A DNA stretch of 64,000 nucleotides from Raillietiella orientalis (GCA_036172245.1 JAYWIR010000031.1:2604001-2668000), one strand, 5' to 3'; shown: positions 1 to 12,776, numbered from the stretch's first letter. The notes: generated from the letters alone by a model not told the origin. Translations and numbers: made by a program.

Positions 1-350
1 TGCATATGTTACTATTAATGATATGCAGATCAATAAATGTTAACAAATAGTTATATTAAAATGCATTTGTATATTAATGTATATATAAATATGTATATTA
101 ATATAAATAATAAGCACATGCATATTTTCATAATATATATGATTCGACAGACGCTTCGACAGACGATTTCACAGATATATTGATAGACTCTTCGATAGGA
201 GATTCGTCAGATGGTTCGATAGACAACAGTTCGATAGATGGTTAGATAGATAGACAAGGTTTACAATAAATAGATCTGTTTATTTTTTATGATCTTTCGA
301 GATTTTGGTCGTTCGAGATTGGGGCGTAGGGAATTTTGAACCGAACCCCA
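1..350. repeat. AT-rich island A (truncated by window start) ending in the conserved boundary motif
   Basis: Very AT-rich 1-290. Ends in TGTTTATTTTTTATGATCTTTCGAGATTTTGGTCG (277-311), which matches 10819-10853 at 28/35 without gaps. ATATAAATAATAAG (101-114) is identical to 16931-16944. TTTGAACCGAACCC (335-348) is the exact reverse complement of 16717-16730. Confidence 0.7.
143..255. repeat. Degenerate ~12-bp minisatellite (TTCGAYAGAYNN)n
   Basis: Units ttcgacagacgc / ttcgacagacga / tttcacagatata / ttgatagactc / ttcgataggaga / ttcgtcagatgg / ttcgatagacaacag / ttcgatagatgg, decaying into (GATA)n. Confidence 0.7.
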
Positions 351-2582
351 GGAAAGCGGACCCGTTCGCAGGGCAAAGATCTTGTCACCGGGATACCAGG
401 AATGGGCCAGCAGCGCCGACACGATGACTTGCGCTCCGCGTCCCATATCTTTGCGATGACTGTGTGCATCGGTCGTACCCTCAATGTCTCGAATGCGCCC
501 TCCGAGTGCGCTTCCCTTTGCGCACTGATGGTGGTTCGTGAACCTCCGTTCTTCCGCTCCCTTGGCTGCTCTTTGCTTTACCGCAAGCTCCTGCTGCTGC
601 AGCACTTTGCTCGCTGCAACAGCAGCTTGCAGTAACTCGTCCAGGCATTTCTCCCGATGGAATCCAAGCCCGGAGCCGAAAGAGCGAGGGGAGGAGATTT
701 CTCCGGAAGGAATGGCTCAGAGGAAGAGGATCGCAGACCAAGCGCCTCCTTCAGGGACCATGATCCGCGGGCCGGGAAATTCTCTCTGGGTTCCCGCTCT
801 CCCGTCCTCCTTCCTATTCCCTCTCGTTCTTGGATGGAAGAACTCTCTCCTCTTTGACGAAGGGAAGTTGCATCTAGGAAGCATGACACGAGGCTGTCTT
901 GAATCTTTCCATTGGGCATCTTCCTCTTCGTCTCACTTTGGCAGTTACCTCGAGAGTGCAATGTGCAGTCCAGATGCGCTCGCCTCGTTCCAATCCTTCG
1001 AACGCGAGATATTCGCGCTTTCGCTCTTTCGAATCCCCTCCGAATCTCAGTGACCTCCAGACTACGTGGCATTCCTAGGGCCACCCGTTGCTTGGGCAAC
1101 GAGGCAGTCTCAAAGCTACGGCCAGGACTTTCCGACTGGTCGCACTCGAAGGATAACGGCCGCATGGATCGGATCTCCGTAAAGATATCACGGGGGCAAA
1201 ATGACATTCAGATGCGCGAGAAGAAGAACAGGAGATTTGAGATCAAAGGAGGAGGAGGAAGGAGGAAGCTCAGAGTTTCCGTTCGGCGCGACTCCGATGG
1301 ACGCGCTCCCCGAGAGAAGCCATTTCGACATTCCCCGTTCAAAGAGGGATAGGGGAGGCAGTGAGGACTACGGAGCCCGACGAAAGGCTTCCTCCGAGAT
1401 GGTGCAGATGGAAGTCATCTCTTGCCCCTTCGAACGGTTTCCAGATCGAGCAGCGGAACTCCCAACGAAACTGCGATCCCCCCTCACCCCTTGGCAGCCA
1501 CTTCAAGAGGGGTCGAGCCCTCAGGAGTCGTGTGTGCGTCCCGTCTGGGACAGCCTCCGAGGTGCGCCTTAGCTCCTTGGCCGAACCACCTTGCTCTCGT
1601 GGCGCTGCCCGTCCCGACTTCCGAGTCGGTCAAGCGAGCCGGGGTCGCTGAGAGGCCGCTCCTCTTTGGCGCGAGGGACTCGTAAGTTGGTCACTTCCTC
1701 CCGTGTTAGTCCCCCGGCGCGGGAAGGGTAACTCCAGATCGAACTCGTGAGCCACGCATGGGTAGGGTTTTCGAGCCACCCTCTTCCTCCGTCTCTCGCC
1801 ATCCGCCCTTCCTGCTCTCCCATGCTCCGCCTCCGCATCCCGTGCTTCTGTGTCCGTTCGCCTCCGTTAGGCGATCCGCATTCAGCAGACTCCATCGAAA
1901 CGATCCTCCTGGGGAACCGGAGATCCCATCCCGGAAAACACCGCAGGGCGGAAGAAAAGGAAGAGAACTCCCTTCGGAGCTTCCCCGCGACCTCACGTAC
2001 CAGTAGAACAAATCGCGGTTGCCTCGACCATGCTGAGATCAGGCGAGGAACCGAAAGAGAGGACTGCTGGAAGGGCCGACTTTCCGACATGGACCACCCT
2101 GGGTCCTGGGAAAGAGGAAAACTCGAGGAGACACCCGCATCCAGAGGCTGCCCCCTCGCAGCCACGAAAGAGAATCCCTTCTAGACTGCTAGCTTCAGAT
2201 TGATCTCTAGGAGGAGAAGAGTTTTAGCGGGCAATTCGCGCGAGGGGAGGGGACAGGCATCATGACTGCTGACGCTGCTGCTTCGGATGAAAGAGCAGCT
2301 TCTGTCATGGAGAGAAAACCTACAGCGCTTGTGGAAGACTCTGGGGTGAACCACCCTTCCTCACCTCGGAAAAGCATTCTCAGGAAGTTGAGCCCTGTTG
2401 ACGATGGAGGGAGAAACAATCACTGCAGATGATGCCGCGCTTCCATCCTGCCTCATTCCCTCTTCTGCAGCCTCCCTCGCGGTGCTCGCCTTTCACTCCT
2501 TGAGAGCTCCCAAATAGACGCGTACCCCTTGGGTTGGCTTGGAAGAGACAGGACGCCTACAAGAGGGAGCCGGTAGACGGCA

Positions 2583-2693
2583 GAATGAGGAGAAGGAAGG
2601 GATGAGGAAGAGAGGAAGAAGGATGGAAGAGAGGGGAAAGAGAGGAGTAAGGAATAAAGAAGGGAGAAGAGAAGAGGAAGGGAGGAGGAGGAG
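2583..2693. repeat. Polypurine (GA-rich) low-complexity tract
   Basis: About 110 nt almost entirely G/A (gaggagaaggaagggatgaggaagagaggaagaag...). Similar purine or pyrimidine tracts occur at about 4090-4233, 6316-6420 and 8480-8540. Confidence 0.8.
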
Positions 2694-2875
2694 GCGATAC
2701 TGAAGAATGCAGCATGATGCGCGCACACCTGCCCGCAGAAAGAGACACTCACAGGTTCGTCCTCCGCACTTCTCGAGAGACCACCCTCTGATGAAGGGAT
2801 GTGGATGAAATGCGATTGTAGCGGGTGGTGCGTTGGGTGAGCTTTGGGCTTGCGGCTCCTCTGTAAGAGGAAGGC

Positions 2876-2913
2876 AGGTGCATCGGGGTGTGGGAACACA
2901 CCCCGATGCACCT
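2876..2913. other. Perfect 17-bp inverted repeat with GGAA loop
   Basis: AGGTGCATCGGGGTGTG-GGAA-CACACCCCGATGCACCT; the arms are exact reverse complements. Confidence 0.9.
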
Positions 2914-3115
2914 CCCTGGAAACATGTACGTGGAGGAGGGCTGGGCCCCGGCTCGTGTTCCGTTGGGGGATCCTTGCCAGGCTCAGACTTCTCTCAGGAG
3001 GAGGAGGAAGGGGACGGACTCATTACGATGCGCAGCAGAGAGAGTGGCCGCAACGATAAAGATGCTGCTGCTCGCCAGTCTGAGTCCCACTCTCCTTATC
3101 CACCCCATCTTCCAG

Positions 3116-6100
3116 ATGTGGATGAAGCCTCTGAGCCTCAACGGGATTCTGCTGTACAGCGGCGAGAGGACGAGGATCACCAGCGATTTTATCAACCTGA
3201 ACGTCCTGAACGGTCACATCCAGTTCCGCTTCGACCTGGGCAGCGGCATCGCGGACCTCCTGTGAGTGGTGTCGAGCTCGTCCCGGCAGGCGACCGGGGA
3301 TCGGCCGTCGTCGTGAAGAGCCGTTCTTCTTCCCTCTACCTCGCCTCCGGCACCTACCGCAAGAGTGCGTGGAGGTCTCTCATCACCGCGGCTTTCCAGG
3401 ACCACCGAAAAGGTGAAGATGGGCAGCTGGCACCACATCAGGGCAGGATGCGTCGGCCGCAGGGGGACGCTGCAGCTGGACGATGGAGAACCTGTCCACG
3501 GGTACTCCCTGCCCCCCCTGACGGAACTCAACTTACCGAAGAGCATCTTCGTCGGAGGCCTGGGGTGAGGAAGGGTGAGGGGACTTGGAGTTTGCCTCAA
3601 GAGGGAGCACCTCGAGAGGAAGCGGAGACTCTGGCGTCGCAAAGTGCTGGGGAGGGACCGCCGCTCTTCGCCCTCTGAGGCAAAACCATTGGGACTTAGC
3701 CTTCTCTGACAGCCTGGATGGTCCCATCTGAGGCCCAGTCCCCAGAGGAATGCTCTCCAGGCGAGAGTTTTCCACGCAGCTTCGGTCCGGTCACCTTCCC
3801 GGTTGGCAGTCTGTCAGAGCAACGAATTCCTCCAGATCGGAAAGGGGAGGGAGGGAGACTTCGAGCAGGAGGAGCGGCAACTGCCCTCAAGGGATCGTTC
3901 GCCAGCAGTCGCGGAGCGCAGGTCGGGGTGGCCCACCCGAGCTGACGGACCGGAGATCCTCAGGCATCCGATCGAGTTGATGCCTCCTCGTCTCCCTCCT
4001 CAGGAGAACACCGACCCTTGGGGAGAGAAGGGGAGACAGGGAAGCTCTGTCGGAGACAACGCCGGAGAGAGGAAACCGCGGAGGCAGTACGGAGAGCGAG
4101 AGAAGAGAGGAGAAGATCCTTCTCTTCCCCTCTTACTTCCATTTCTCCTCCTCCTCCCCTTTTCCTCTCCTTCTTGAGGAGGCGGAAAGAATAAGGAGAA
4201 GGTGGGAAGGAGGAGAAAGAGGAAAAAAGGAGGTTCCTTGGAAATGCCAGGAGGGCGCCTGAGGGAAGGTGGTGACGGGTGGACAAGCTGATGCTCTGGA
4301 GGCTGAATGTCTAAAGGGTTCTCCATCCTGACGTGATCAGGCGCCGCCGCTGCTCCAGAGAAGCGGATGCTGCGCCTCGGGTCGGTACCCTGCCTTCTGC
4401 TGCCTTCTCCCAGGCTGCTTCTCGCGGCCGTATGCAAAGCAATCAGTTGCGAAAGGGGAGGGTGGGGAAACAGAGATCGCTGTCAGCAGCAGGGAGAGCT
4501 CCCTCGCCCTCCCTCGGGCGAAAGACTCCATCTGCTCCACTCTCGGGTCGCAGACTTTTCTGTGGTCCAAGAAGACTCCTCGCCGACCCTTGGGAGAGGG
4601 TGGCATCGCGGGGAGTAGGCCGAGGCTTCTCTGACGAGCTGCCTGCCCCTGCTTCTCGTCGGCTATCTACCGGGGACCACTCGCCCGCTCCTCCATCCTG
4701 ACGGGATAACCTGCTTCCTCCCTTATACCACTGGACCCGACCCCAATGGTGAGGGAGGCGGAAGGGGGTCCCGGAAAGCGACTGACTCTGCCCGAGCGAT
4801 CTCCTTTCTGTGAGAAGGAGGGCAGAGGGGCGCGAGGCGCCGCCTGGAGCTCCGCTTTCTGTCCTCTTCCCTTATGGAGGAGCCAGCGCACTCCATGATT
4901 GTGACCGATTGCTGCTGGCCCAAGGTCAGCACACCGAGACTGGAGACTTTCCTTTCCCCTCCTCCTTCTCTGTCTTCTGTTCCCGGGCAACTCTGGCATC
5001 CGGGAGCGCAGGGGCCTCCAGGAAGGGTGTTCCTGTGCAGCGCCACCGCTGCCCTTCACGGGAGCAGAAGGCGGATGAAGAGACGCTCTCGAGTTAGATC
5101 GGCAGACAAAGGGGAAGGAGGTCCCTCTCCAGCGCGCATTGCGACGACAGTGCCCAGACCTCTGAGCACAGCAAGGGTCGATCGGCAGAAGGACGCGGGG
5201 TCCCCTGCCGTCGCGTCGTTTCTGGAGTAACCGACTCTTCCTTTCTCTCCCCAGGAAGACTCTTCTTCCCGACTCGTACCTGCTAAACGGATTCCACGGG
5301 ATGATCAGGTCCCTGTCCATCAACGGAAAGAGGTACGCAGACCTGCTCGGCGCGGCGGTTCGCCAGGAAAACGTCACCAGGCGCCACGACTGCCTGAGCA
5401 CCGGCTGCAGGAACGGGGGCACCTGCAGGAAGAGGCCTGCTGACTCGGAGCACGAGTGCCAGTGCAGAAGGGGGTTTCTCGGCAGGCAGTGCGAGAAAGG
5501 TGAGTCCGCACGTGCCAAATAGGAGAGGAAGGGAAGGGAGGAGCGTGTTCGGTCCTGGACACGGGAGTATCGGTCCCGGCCCCCGTTCTCTCGAGGTGCA
5601 CTCGACCCTTTCCTGGTAGCCCGCGATCCTCCCGGAAAAACTCGACGAGCCCGCGAAAGAAGCCCGGAGAAAGAGGAAGGGGAGGAGCGAAAGCCGGCCA
5701 AGGAGACAGGCAACAGCTTCTTTCCTTGATAAACCCGCACCCTCGCCTCGCACCCACGATCCCGGGTCTGCTCATGTATGTGCAGAAAGCGGTGGTCGCT
5801 GCAGGCAGAGCAATGCGAAGGGGGAGAGGAAGCTCACTGACCCTCCACGAGACATCAGGGAAGGGTCACCTCAACGAGACCGGCATCGGACGAACCGCGG
5901 CGCCGCAGTTCCGCGCTGCTGGGTCATGGAGCGCCGCCCGACGCGCTCAGAACGGAAGGAGCCGGACGCGCCCACCTCCCAGAAAGACCAGCCTGAACCG
6001 CGGGTAGGGCGATAGGTTCCCGGGCGAGTTGAGACACGAAGCGCGTGGGCAGCCCCCCCCGCGGCACTGTCATACGTGCGGGTCGTGATGATGGATCGCG

Positions 6101-9100
6101 TTGCACCTTCTTGCGCTCACTCCCGGAGGGAAGGACGGTGGTTCCCTCTGATCGGGAAAATTTCTGTCTTCGCTCCTTCGGACCACGCAGACAGGAACGG
6201 CGCCGAGCGATGGCCTTTTTCCTTCTTTCTGTCGCTCCTTCCGCTTTTTTGCTGCCTCCTCTGCCGCTCCCTCCCGCATGCATCTCAAGAATGCAGAGAT
6301 GTCTCTTCTTATCTAAGGAAGAGCTGGAAAGAAGGGGGGAGGAGGAAAGGAAGAGGAAGTGAGGAGGAGTAAGACGAAGAATAAGGGGGGAAAGGAAGAG
6401 GTGGAAAAAAGAAGCAAAATCAAGCGGGTGAGGAAAGCTCCTCCTCCTTCGAATAGGTCTCACGCGCCGCCGGCGCCGCGCGTAGAACAAATCTCCGCTC
6501 GCAGTCAGTCCCAACGTCTTCATTACGCCAAGCGGACAGAAGGCCACCTGAGAAGGTGGGCGCTCTCCGGACACCGCTCTTTCGGTCCGTTAGGGATGGC
6601 TGCGTGAGCTCTGGAGCTGACCTCTTGGCATTGGAGAAGAGGGCTCTTCTTTCTGGAATCGGACCGAAATAACCGACGGAGCTCGCGCCTACGAGGTGCC
6701 TTGCTGGGGAACCAGTCTGTCAATCCCTCGGGGAGAGAGCCCCCAGCAAGAAGGAAAAGCACAAACAAATGAAAAAACAGAGAAGAGTCAGTTGGCAAGG
6801 GTTGCCTGGCATTCGCCCATCCATCTTCCGGTGTCATCGATCGGTCCTCCTGCCGGATTTGGAACTTCGTATGACCCGTCCGACTTTCTCCAGTCCGGTT
6901 CCAAGCCAGAGTCATCTCCTCCTCTCCGCCGCCGCCGGCGCATCGTTGCGACGGAGCCCCGAAATGCGGAGGCCGTGGGAGAAACGCATCCTGTCTCTTT
7001 CTCTCCAAAAACCCTGTCCTCACTTGAGCACAAACGCGCAGCAAATCCTCCGTGGTCACCGCTTGCCCAGCTACCGCCTGTGGGAAGAACCCGACACTCT
7101 GGTAGAGAGCTGCGGAGTTCTTCCCGTCTTCTCCCCCTTTCTTGAACCTGACGTTGCCGGTTCTGACGTCATCGGGGGCCGCCGGGAAGGATCCGGCCCA
7201 CCGAGGAGGCGTTCTGAGACGGCAACAGGGCAGAGGCCGATGTCGAGGAGTATCAAGGGTTCCAGGAAAAAAAGGGCAGAGAAGGAAAATTCCCTCTCCT
7301 TCCAAAAGGAGATTAGATGGGGGAAAGACGGCTCGGCGTCCACAACGACGGGGGACGGGGCCATCTTGGGATCACCAAAGACGTGAGCTAAGATGGAGGC
7401 ACCCACAATCTCGGAGGGCCCGCTTTCTGGTTGATCCTCAAGGACAAGGGTCTGCATCTAGAGCGAAAGCCTTCGGAACGCTGCCAGAGTGCTGTTGAGA
7501 GGCCCTGTGCGCAGGGAAAACGCCCCCGCACGCCACCGAGTAGGGAAGGGACGACTTGTCAAAGGCGGCTGCTTCACGGCTGGGGGACACACTCCACAGG
7601 CAGCAAACTCTCTTTCCGTTTGAGGGTTCCGCTCCCGGGAATGCCTAGGTAGCTCTTCTCTCTTTGATCCTCCTTCTCAGGAGCAGTCCGGTCTGCATCC
7701 CCCATTCCCTCCATCCTGCATCCCTCTCCCACCTCCTCCTCCTCCTCCTCTCCAAGTGCTTTCTGTTGCTTGCAGCGGCTTTTCCTCGTCACGGATGCGA
7801 CGCAAGGGCCTTTCCCCCTTCCTTTCCCGGTGAGCGAGCCCCGCCCCAGAGTGCCCCTGCGGACGCGATCACTCTATGCACTCCTGGAGCAAGAAGCAAG
7901 AATCCTGCGAAGAGCTTAGGCGAGCGTCTCCGGCCTCTGGACCGAGAGAGCCGCGGCCTCGGTGGAAGCACCCCGGGCACGGAAAAGTGGGCAGCAGCTC
8001 CTCTCAGGGAGGGAGGAGGAGGGCGCCTTGCCGGTTTCCGCCCCTACCGAGGCCACGCAAAGTGCTGTGGAGACTCCAGATTCTTCCCCTGAGCTCATCT
8101 CGGCTTCGGAACCTGCGTTCTGGCTGGTCCCTCGACTCGCTCAACAGGTGCTGAACTGCACCCCTTTCACCACCTTGTTCCTTCCTTCTCACCCGATCCC
8201 CCGCAAACCACGTTCTCCAGAAGTTGTCGAAGTCGAGGTCGGCTACACAATTTGGCACGCCCGAAGGGACAGTCGCGCGGGAAGCGGCAGCTTCAACCGG
8301 CCGTATAGGCGCACGCTTGTGGGGGCTGCAACCTCCAAGGAGAACCCCAAAGAATGAGAGGGCGTGACCCACTCCTCGAGTAGATAACGACCGCGCGCTC
8401 AGAAGGCATTTCTGGACCAACGCAGCGGAGATGACGCAGATACGTAGGTGTGTCGCTGTTGCCGTCTCCAGCGCCAACACTCCTCCGCCTCCCTCTCCCT
8501 TCCTCTCTTCCTTCTATCCTCCTCTTTTTTTTCTGCCTCCTCACTGGGGTACCTCGTAGCCTGAGCTCAAAATCCTCGCCGGTGGGTGGAAGCTGAGCCG
8601 ACAGCAGGCAACTGTCGCGTGCCTCCCTCTTTCCTCCCTCAGGCATCCTCGGCAGATTTAGTCAGACTGCCGCGCTCCTCTTGTCCTCCTCTTCTTTTTC
8701 CTCCTTTCTTCTTTGGTTCGCTCAGCAGGGCGTGGCGTGTAAACTCTCAACGGCGCCCACGGTCATCCTTGAGTTTGCCCTGCCTTTGTTTACACGGTGG
8801 CCGCTCCCTTTCGCTGAGGAGGTTGAAGGAAGTCTCTGGCGCTGCCACCTTCCCTGCGTGACTTGGCGCCTTTCCGCTCTGCTATCTACCACCGGTGGGG
8901 CACCCCGCAATCCTGAACGAACTGCGAGCCATCCTTCCACCTCCCACCCTTTCGATAGCATGACAGACCGGACAAATGATGGGATCCCCTGCGTCTTTGC
9001 CGAACAAGATGGAGCCAGCAGTCGTCCGCAGACTTCGTCTGCCCTCGGAGTAGAGGGGTGCGGGAGTCCTGCACCCTCGCAGCCTAAAGGGTGGAAAGAA

Positions 9101-12100
9101 GAGGAAAAAGGGGGATCCAAGGGCTGAGAAGGGATGACCAAGGAGGATGAGATCCTCTGGAATGACTGACTGGAACCAAGCGAAGAGTCCAGCTCTTCCG
9201 CTTGGTTCCGCTAGCCCTGCCGGGTCCCCTCTCAAAGGAGCAGCCTCTGCGGACATGCTGGCAGGAGCCCGATGGACGTTCTCCCCGCAGCATTCAAAGG
9301 GGTTCTCCCGACGCGGATTTCGGGAGCCATGGGAACCCCACGTCCACACGGAAAAAATCCGACCAGGGAAGCCCCGGCACATCCCTTCTGGAAGCATCTC
9401 CAGAGACATTCCCTCAGGGGTTGTCTCTGACCCAAAGAGAACCGCCCTTCGTCCTTTGGCTCACGGTGCCGTTCCCGCACTTCAGCTAGACCTGCGAGAA
9501 TACAAACGATGAGGCCATTTCTTCCTCTTCCTCCTTCTTCCTCGTCGAGTTTCCACCCTTAAAATCTGACCCTTCGCTGACCGATGCCTGATGATGCTTT
9601 CGTTCCAGAGAAACCCCTGCTGTCCAAAAGAAGAGGGACTCGCTTCCGTGGTTCGACGTACTTTGGTTTCCCGAACAGGAATGCTGGGATGTAAGTCCCC
9701 CACTTTTCTTGCCGCCGTGTGAGTACGGAATGGGTTCCGGGGTCCTGTGCACCGCTGGTCAGCCCCTCGGTCCCGTGCGTTCCCTGCCCGGGCTCTTGCG
9801 GACCGAGCGCTCCGCGGGGCAGACGGTTGTCGCTCCTCGGGAGCGACGCGCCTTCCTGGCCCGCGGCTCGAGCTCAGGAAAGAACCTTGCGGCAGTTGCG
9901 GACGCTCGATGGGAGAGGTGTCGGCGGATCCACGGAAGAGGAAGCCGAAACCAGAGGCAAGGAGAAAACCGGGCGCTCCTTTACGTGCGACCACCTACCG
10001 CGCAGCGAGGCTGAAAGCGCTGGAGCCAGGTGCGACGCCACGCGTCGCCTCTGGCGTCCCAAAGAGAGAGAGCGACTCGCTTGATCTCTGTGACCTTTGG
10101 CTCCAACCGGCTGTGTGCTTGCATCCGCGTGCCGTGGCCTCTCGAAAAGCACCAAACGCGCGACAGTGGGCAGGGCCGCTTTGTTTGCCCGGTTGCCGTC
10201 AGCAGCGGCCTTTTTCTCTGGCGCCGCCGCGCTCGTGCACGTCGGGAGCTCATGGAATTCCTGAGAGAAAAGCGCGCGCCACCGCGTGTTGGTGGCGCGA
10301 GAGGATGCGCCGGTGGGAAATGGCTGTCGAAGTCCGCGCAAGTGGGGGTTAAGCTTGCTTGGCCGAGCGACCTGCTTGCGTGGTCACAACGACCCTGGCC
10401 ACGGACAACCAAGTGCGAGGTGCTCCAGGAAAGCCACCAAGAACACGTCGCGCCGGCTTTTTCCACTGATCTTTCGGCTCGCCTCGTGCTGACCAAATCG
10501 TTTGGGCATGCCTGAAAACCCCGAAAAATCATGAAAAGTGAACATGCATGCTTATTCTACGGAGTTAAATATCCACATTTATTTTAATATACATAGTTAT
10601 TCACATTTATTAGCGTGATCCTTATTAAAAGTAATATTGTTTAAATGCAATATATTTATTAACATTCATTGACATAGATTTAATAAATATAATTAATAAG
10701 TTGATTGCATTGTTGATATAAATTAAAGATTATAAAAGTAAATATGTACTTATTACATGCATCAGAATTTATAGGTGCCATAAATATTGATGCATATAAT
10801 GAACATATTTTATGCATCTGTTTGTTTTTCACTATCTTTCGGGATTTTGATTGGGATCGGAGTGCCTCTTGCCTGCCGCCTAGTGGCAGTGACGTGAATT
10901 TGGAGGACTGCTCTTGAGGGCGAGAGCGCTCAGCCCTGCGTGCAACCGCGTCGGTACAGGACCGACGGCGTGAAATCGGTCAGTAGCCCTGCTGGCGCCG
11001 TGGCAGCTCCAGCCAGGAGCAGACGAACCTCTCCCGCATCGGGGTTGCTAGTGGTGCCCTCCGAGGTAACCGACCAGTCGGGTCCCGCCATCTGCCATCT
11101 CTGGATGGGAAGCCGATGCTACCGCTCGGTCACGCGTCCCGGACGACGAACAGCTGAGGAGACGTAGCCGTTCGCCCCCTAAGGCGCGGAAACTCCCGGC
11201 CGGGACGTTGCTGAGAGACCCAGGGCAGGGGGTGGCCGCTCGCTCTTCGTTTCTCCCTTTGCTGACTGCAGATGTCCCAGGGCGCACCTTACGCCCCTGG
11301 GACGTGTGGAGCGCGTCTGCCGAGTACGCGCGCCAGTCCGAGAAGCGAGGGAGCTCCTCAGCTAGCCCGGGGGCGTGGCCAGGAAGTCAGTCTTTCCCAT
11401 ACGAAAGCCAGAGGGGCAACTCGGCTGGGAGTTTGCGCTCGCGGCCGCCACAGCTCTCGGAGGAATTCCGACCGCAAGGAGACGAAGCGATCGCCGTGAC
11501 GTCACGCGAGCGCGAGGGACGGCGCCTCCAGTGCACCAGCGTCCCTAAGAAAAGATGCCACCGGGTTTTCGCGGGGATAGCGAGGAAGCAGAGAGGTCAG
11601 GGGCAGTGCTAGAGGCCTACTCTCCTTGGGAAAGGAAGGGAGGGGGGCGGGAAGAAAGGATCGAGCGTTGGCGACCGTCCGCTGTGACGAGTTTCCTTTT
11701 TCCCTCAGCAAATACCGGGAGAAGAGGAACCACTTCTCTATCACCTTCCGGACCAGGAAGGACTCCGGGATGTTGGTGTGGGCAGGAGACACGTCCCGAC
11801 AGAGGAGCAACTTCTTGGCCATCTACGTCGCCCGCGGCCACCTGGAGCTCTCCTACGATCTCGGCAAGGGGGAGGATAGGGGCCACTTCGCCTTGCGGTC
11901 GCGGGTAGGTCGTTGAGAGGAGGGCCGGACCGCAATATTGGGCGTACTCGTGCCCAGGTGAGGGTCAGCGACGGCCGGTGGCACCAGGCCATCATCAAGA
12001 GGGACCGACGGCTGGGGTCCATCAGCGTGGACGGAGGTCTCCCAGACAGGGGCGTCTCGTCGAGGGGGTCGGGCATCCTCAGGACGGACGGCAAAGTGTG

Positions 12101-12776
12101 GATAGGTAAGCGGTAAAGGGGGGACGCGGAGGCGTCGGTTCACACAGCTTCCCTGCGCGTCCCACAGCTGAGCTTCCTCTCCTCACCTTCTCATCCTTCT
12201 GATCCCGTACCGGGAGGGGGAAGACGCCTTCCCGGTATGGAGCGCTGGATGATGTCTTCCTTTCCTGTATTCCCTCGCGGGAAAGGAAGAAGAACATTGT
12301 TCCCGGATTTCTCACGGAGCAAGGGAGGGGGGGAAGAACGTCCAACTCTCAGGAATCGCGCGCGTCGGCCCTTGCGGCCGGCCCTCAGCGCCTTACGGCG
12401 GAGTCTCGGGCAGCTCCGCGCGGAACGCGTCGTCCCGCTTCCTGCTCGGAGCGGACCTCCGTCTGCCCCCCAACTCCGTCGGCGTCGCCAGTGCCCTTGA
12501 GAACTCCCTTTCAAGGTGGGGGAGAGAAAGGAGAGGTAGCGCCCTTTCTTTCTGGGAAGGGTCCCGGGAGCTGCGCCGGGTGCGCCTCCGCGGCGTTCCA
12601 GGATTCTGGCAGCAGCGAGATGGTTCTTTTCTTCAGGAGGATTCTCCGAGTTCCCTCCGGGAACGCCCATGCACCGCTATCCCGGATTTTCGGGATGCAT
12701 CTCGTCCCTGGAGATCTCCCACTCTTCCATCGACCTGGACTCCTCGAGGAACTACTCGAAGAACGACAGCTGCTGA
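3116..12776 (+). CDS. AGRN: Agrin-like protein, C-terminal LamG-EGF-LamG region (5'-partial, 7 exons)
   Basis: GT-AG exons with matching phases: 3116-3261, 3400-3564, 5255-5499, 9609-9690, 11709-11904, 11958-12105, 12637-12776 (TGA). Translation: MWMKPLSLNGILLYSGE..DFINLNVLNGHIQFRFDLGSG..WHHIRA..GTLQLDD..PLTELNLPKSIFVGG (LamG); CLSTGCRNGGTC..ECQCRRGFLGRQCE (EGF); RFRGSTYFGF..NHFSITFRT..GMLVWAG..GHLELSYDLG..DGRWHQ..LRTDGKVWIGG..GFSGCISSL..DSC* (terminal LamG). The NHF..LW.G..L.TDG..W.GG pattern is closer to agrin LG3 than to pikachurin or perlecan (from recall of the families). Upstream exons were not identified. Confidence 0.85.
10511..10853. repeat. AT-rich island B bounded by inverted copies of the ~35-bp motif (foldback/MITE-like element)
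   Basis: Left end 10511-10544 reverse-complements to TGTTCACTTTTCATGATTTTTCGGGGTTTTCAGG; right end 10819-10853 is TGTTTGTTTTTCACTATCTTTCGGGATTTTGATTG. Interior 10653-10703 aligns to 16897-16947 at 39/51 without gaps. No clear TSD. Confidence 0.7.

Noticed and set aside
143..255. CRISPR-like repeat array
   Set aside because: Units are about 12 bp, degenerate and contiguous with no unique spacers; eukaryotic context and no cas genes.
300..3115. Upstream agrin exons
   Set aside because: Several AG..GT candidates were tried (near 1060, 1445, 1680, 2210) but none gave an EGF- or LamG-like translation ending in phase 0.
8384..8447. Phase-compatible candidate agrin linker exon (DNDRALRRHFWTN...)
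   Set aside because: Poor acceptor and no LamG-start motif. Exon 9609-9690 has strong splice sites and the expected F.G.TY pattern.
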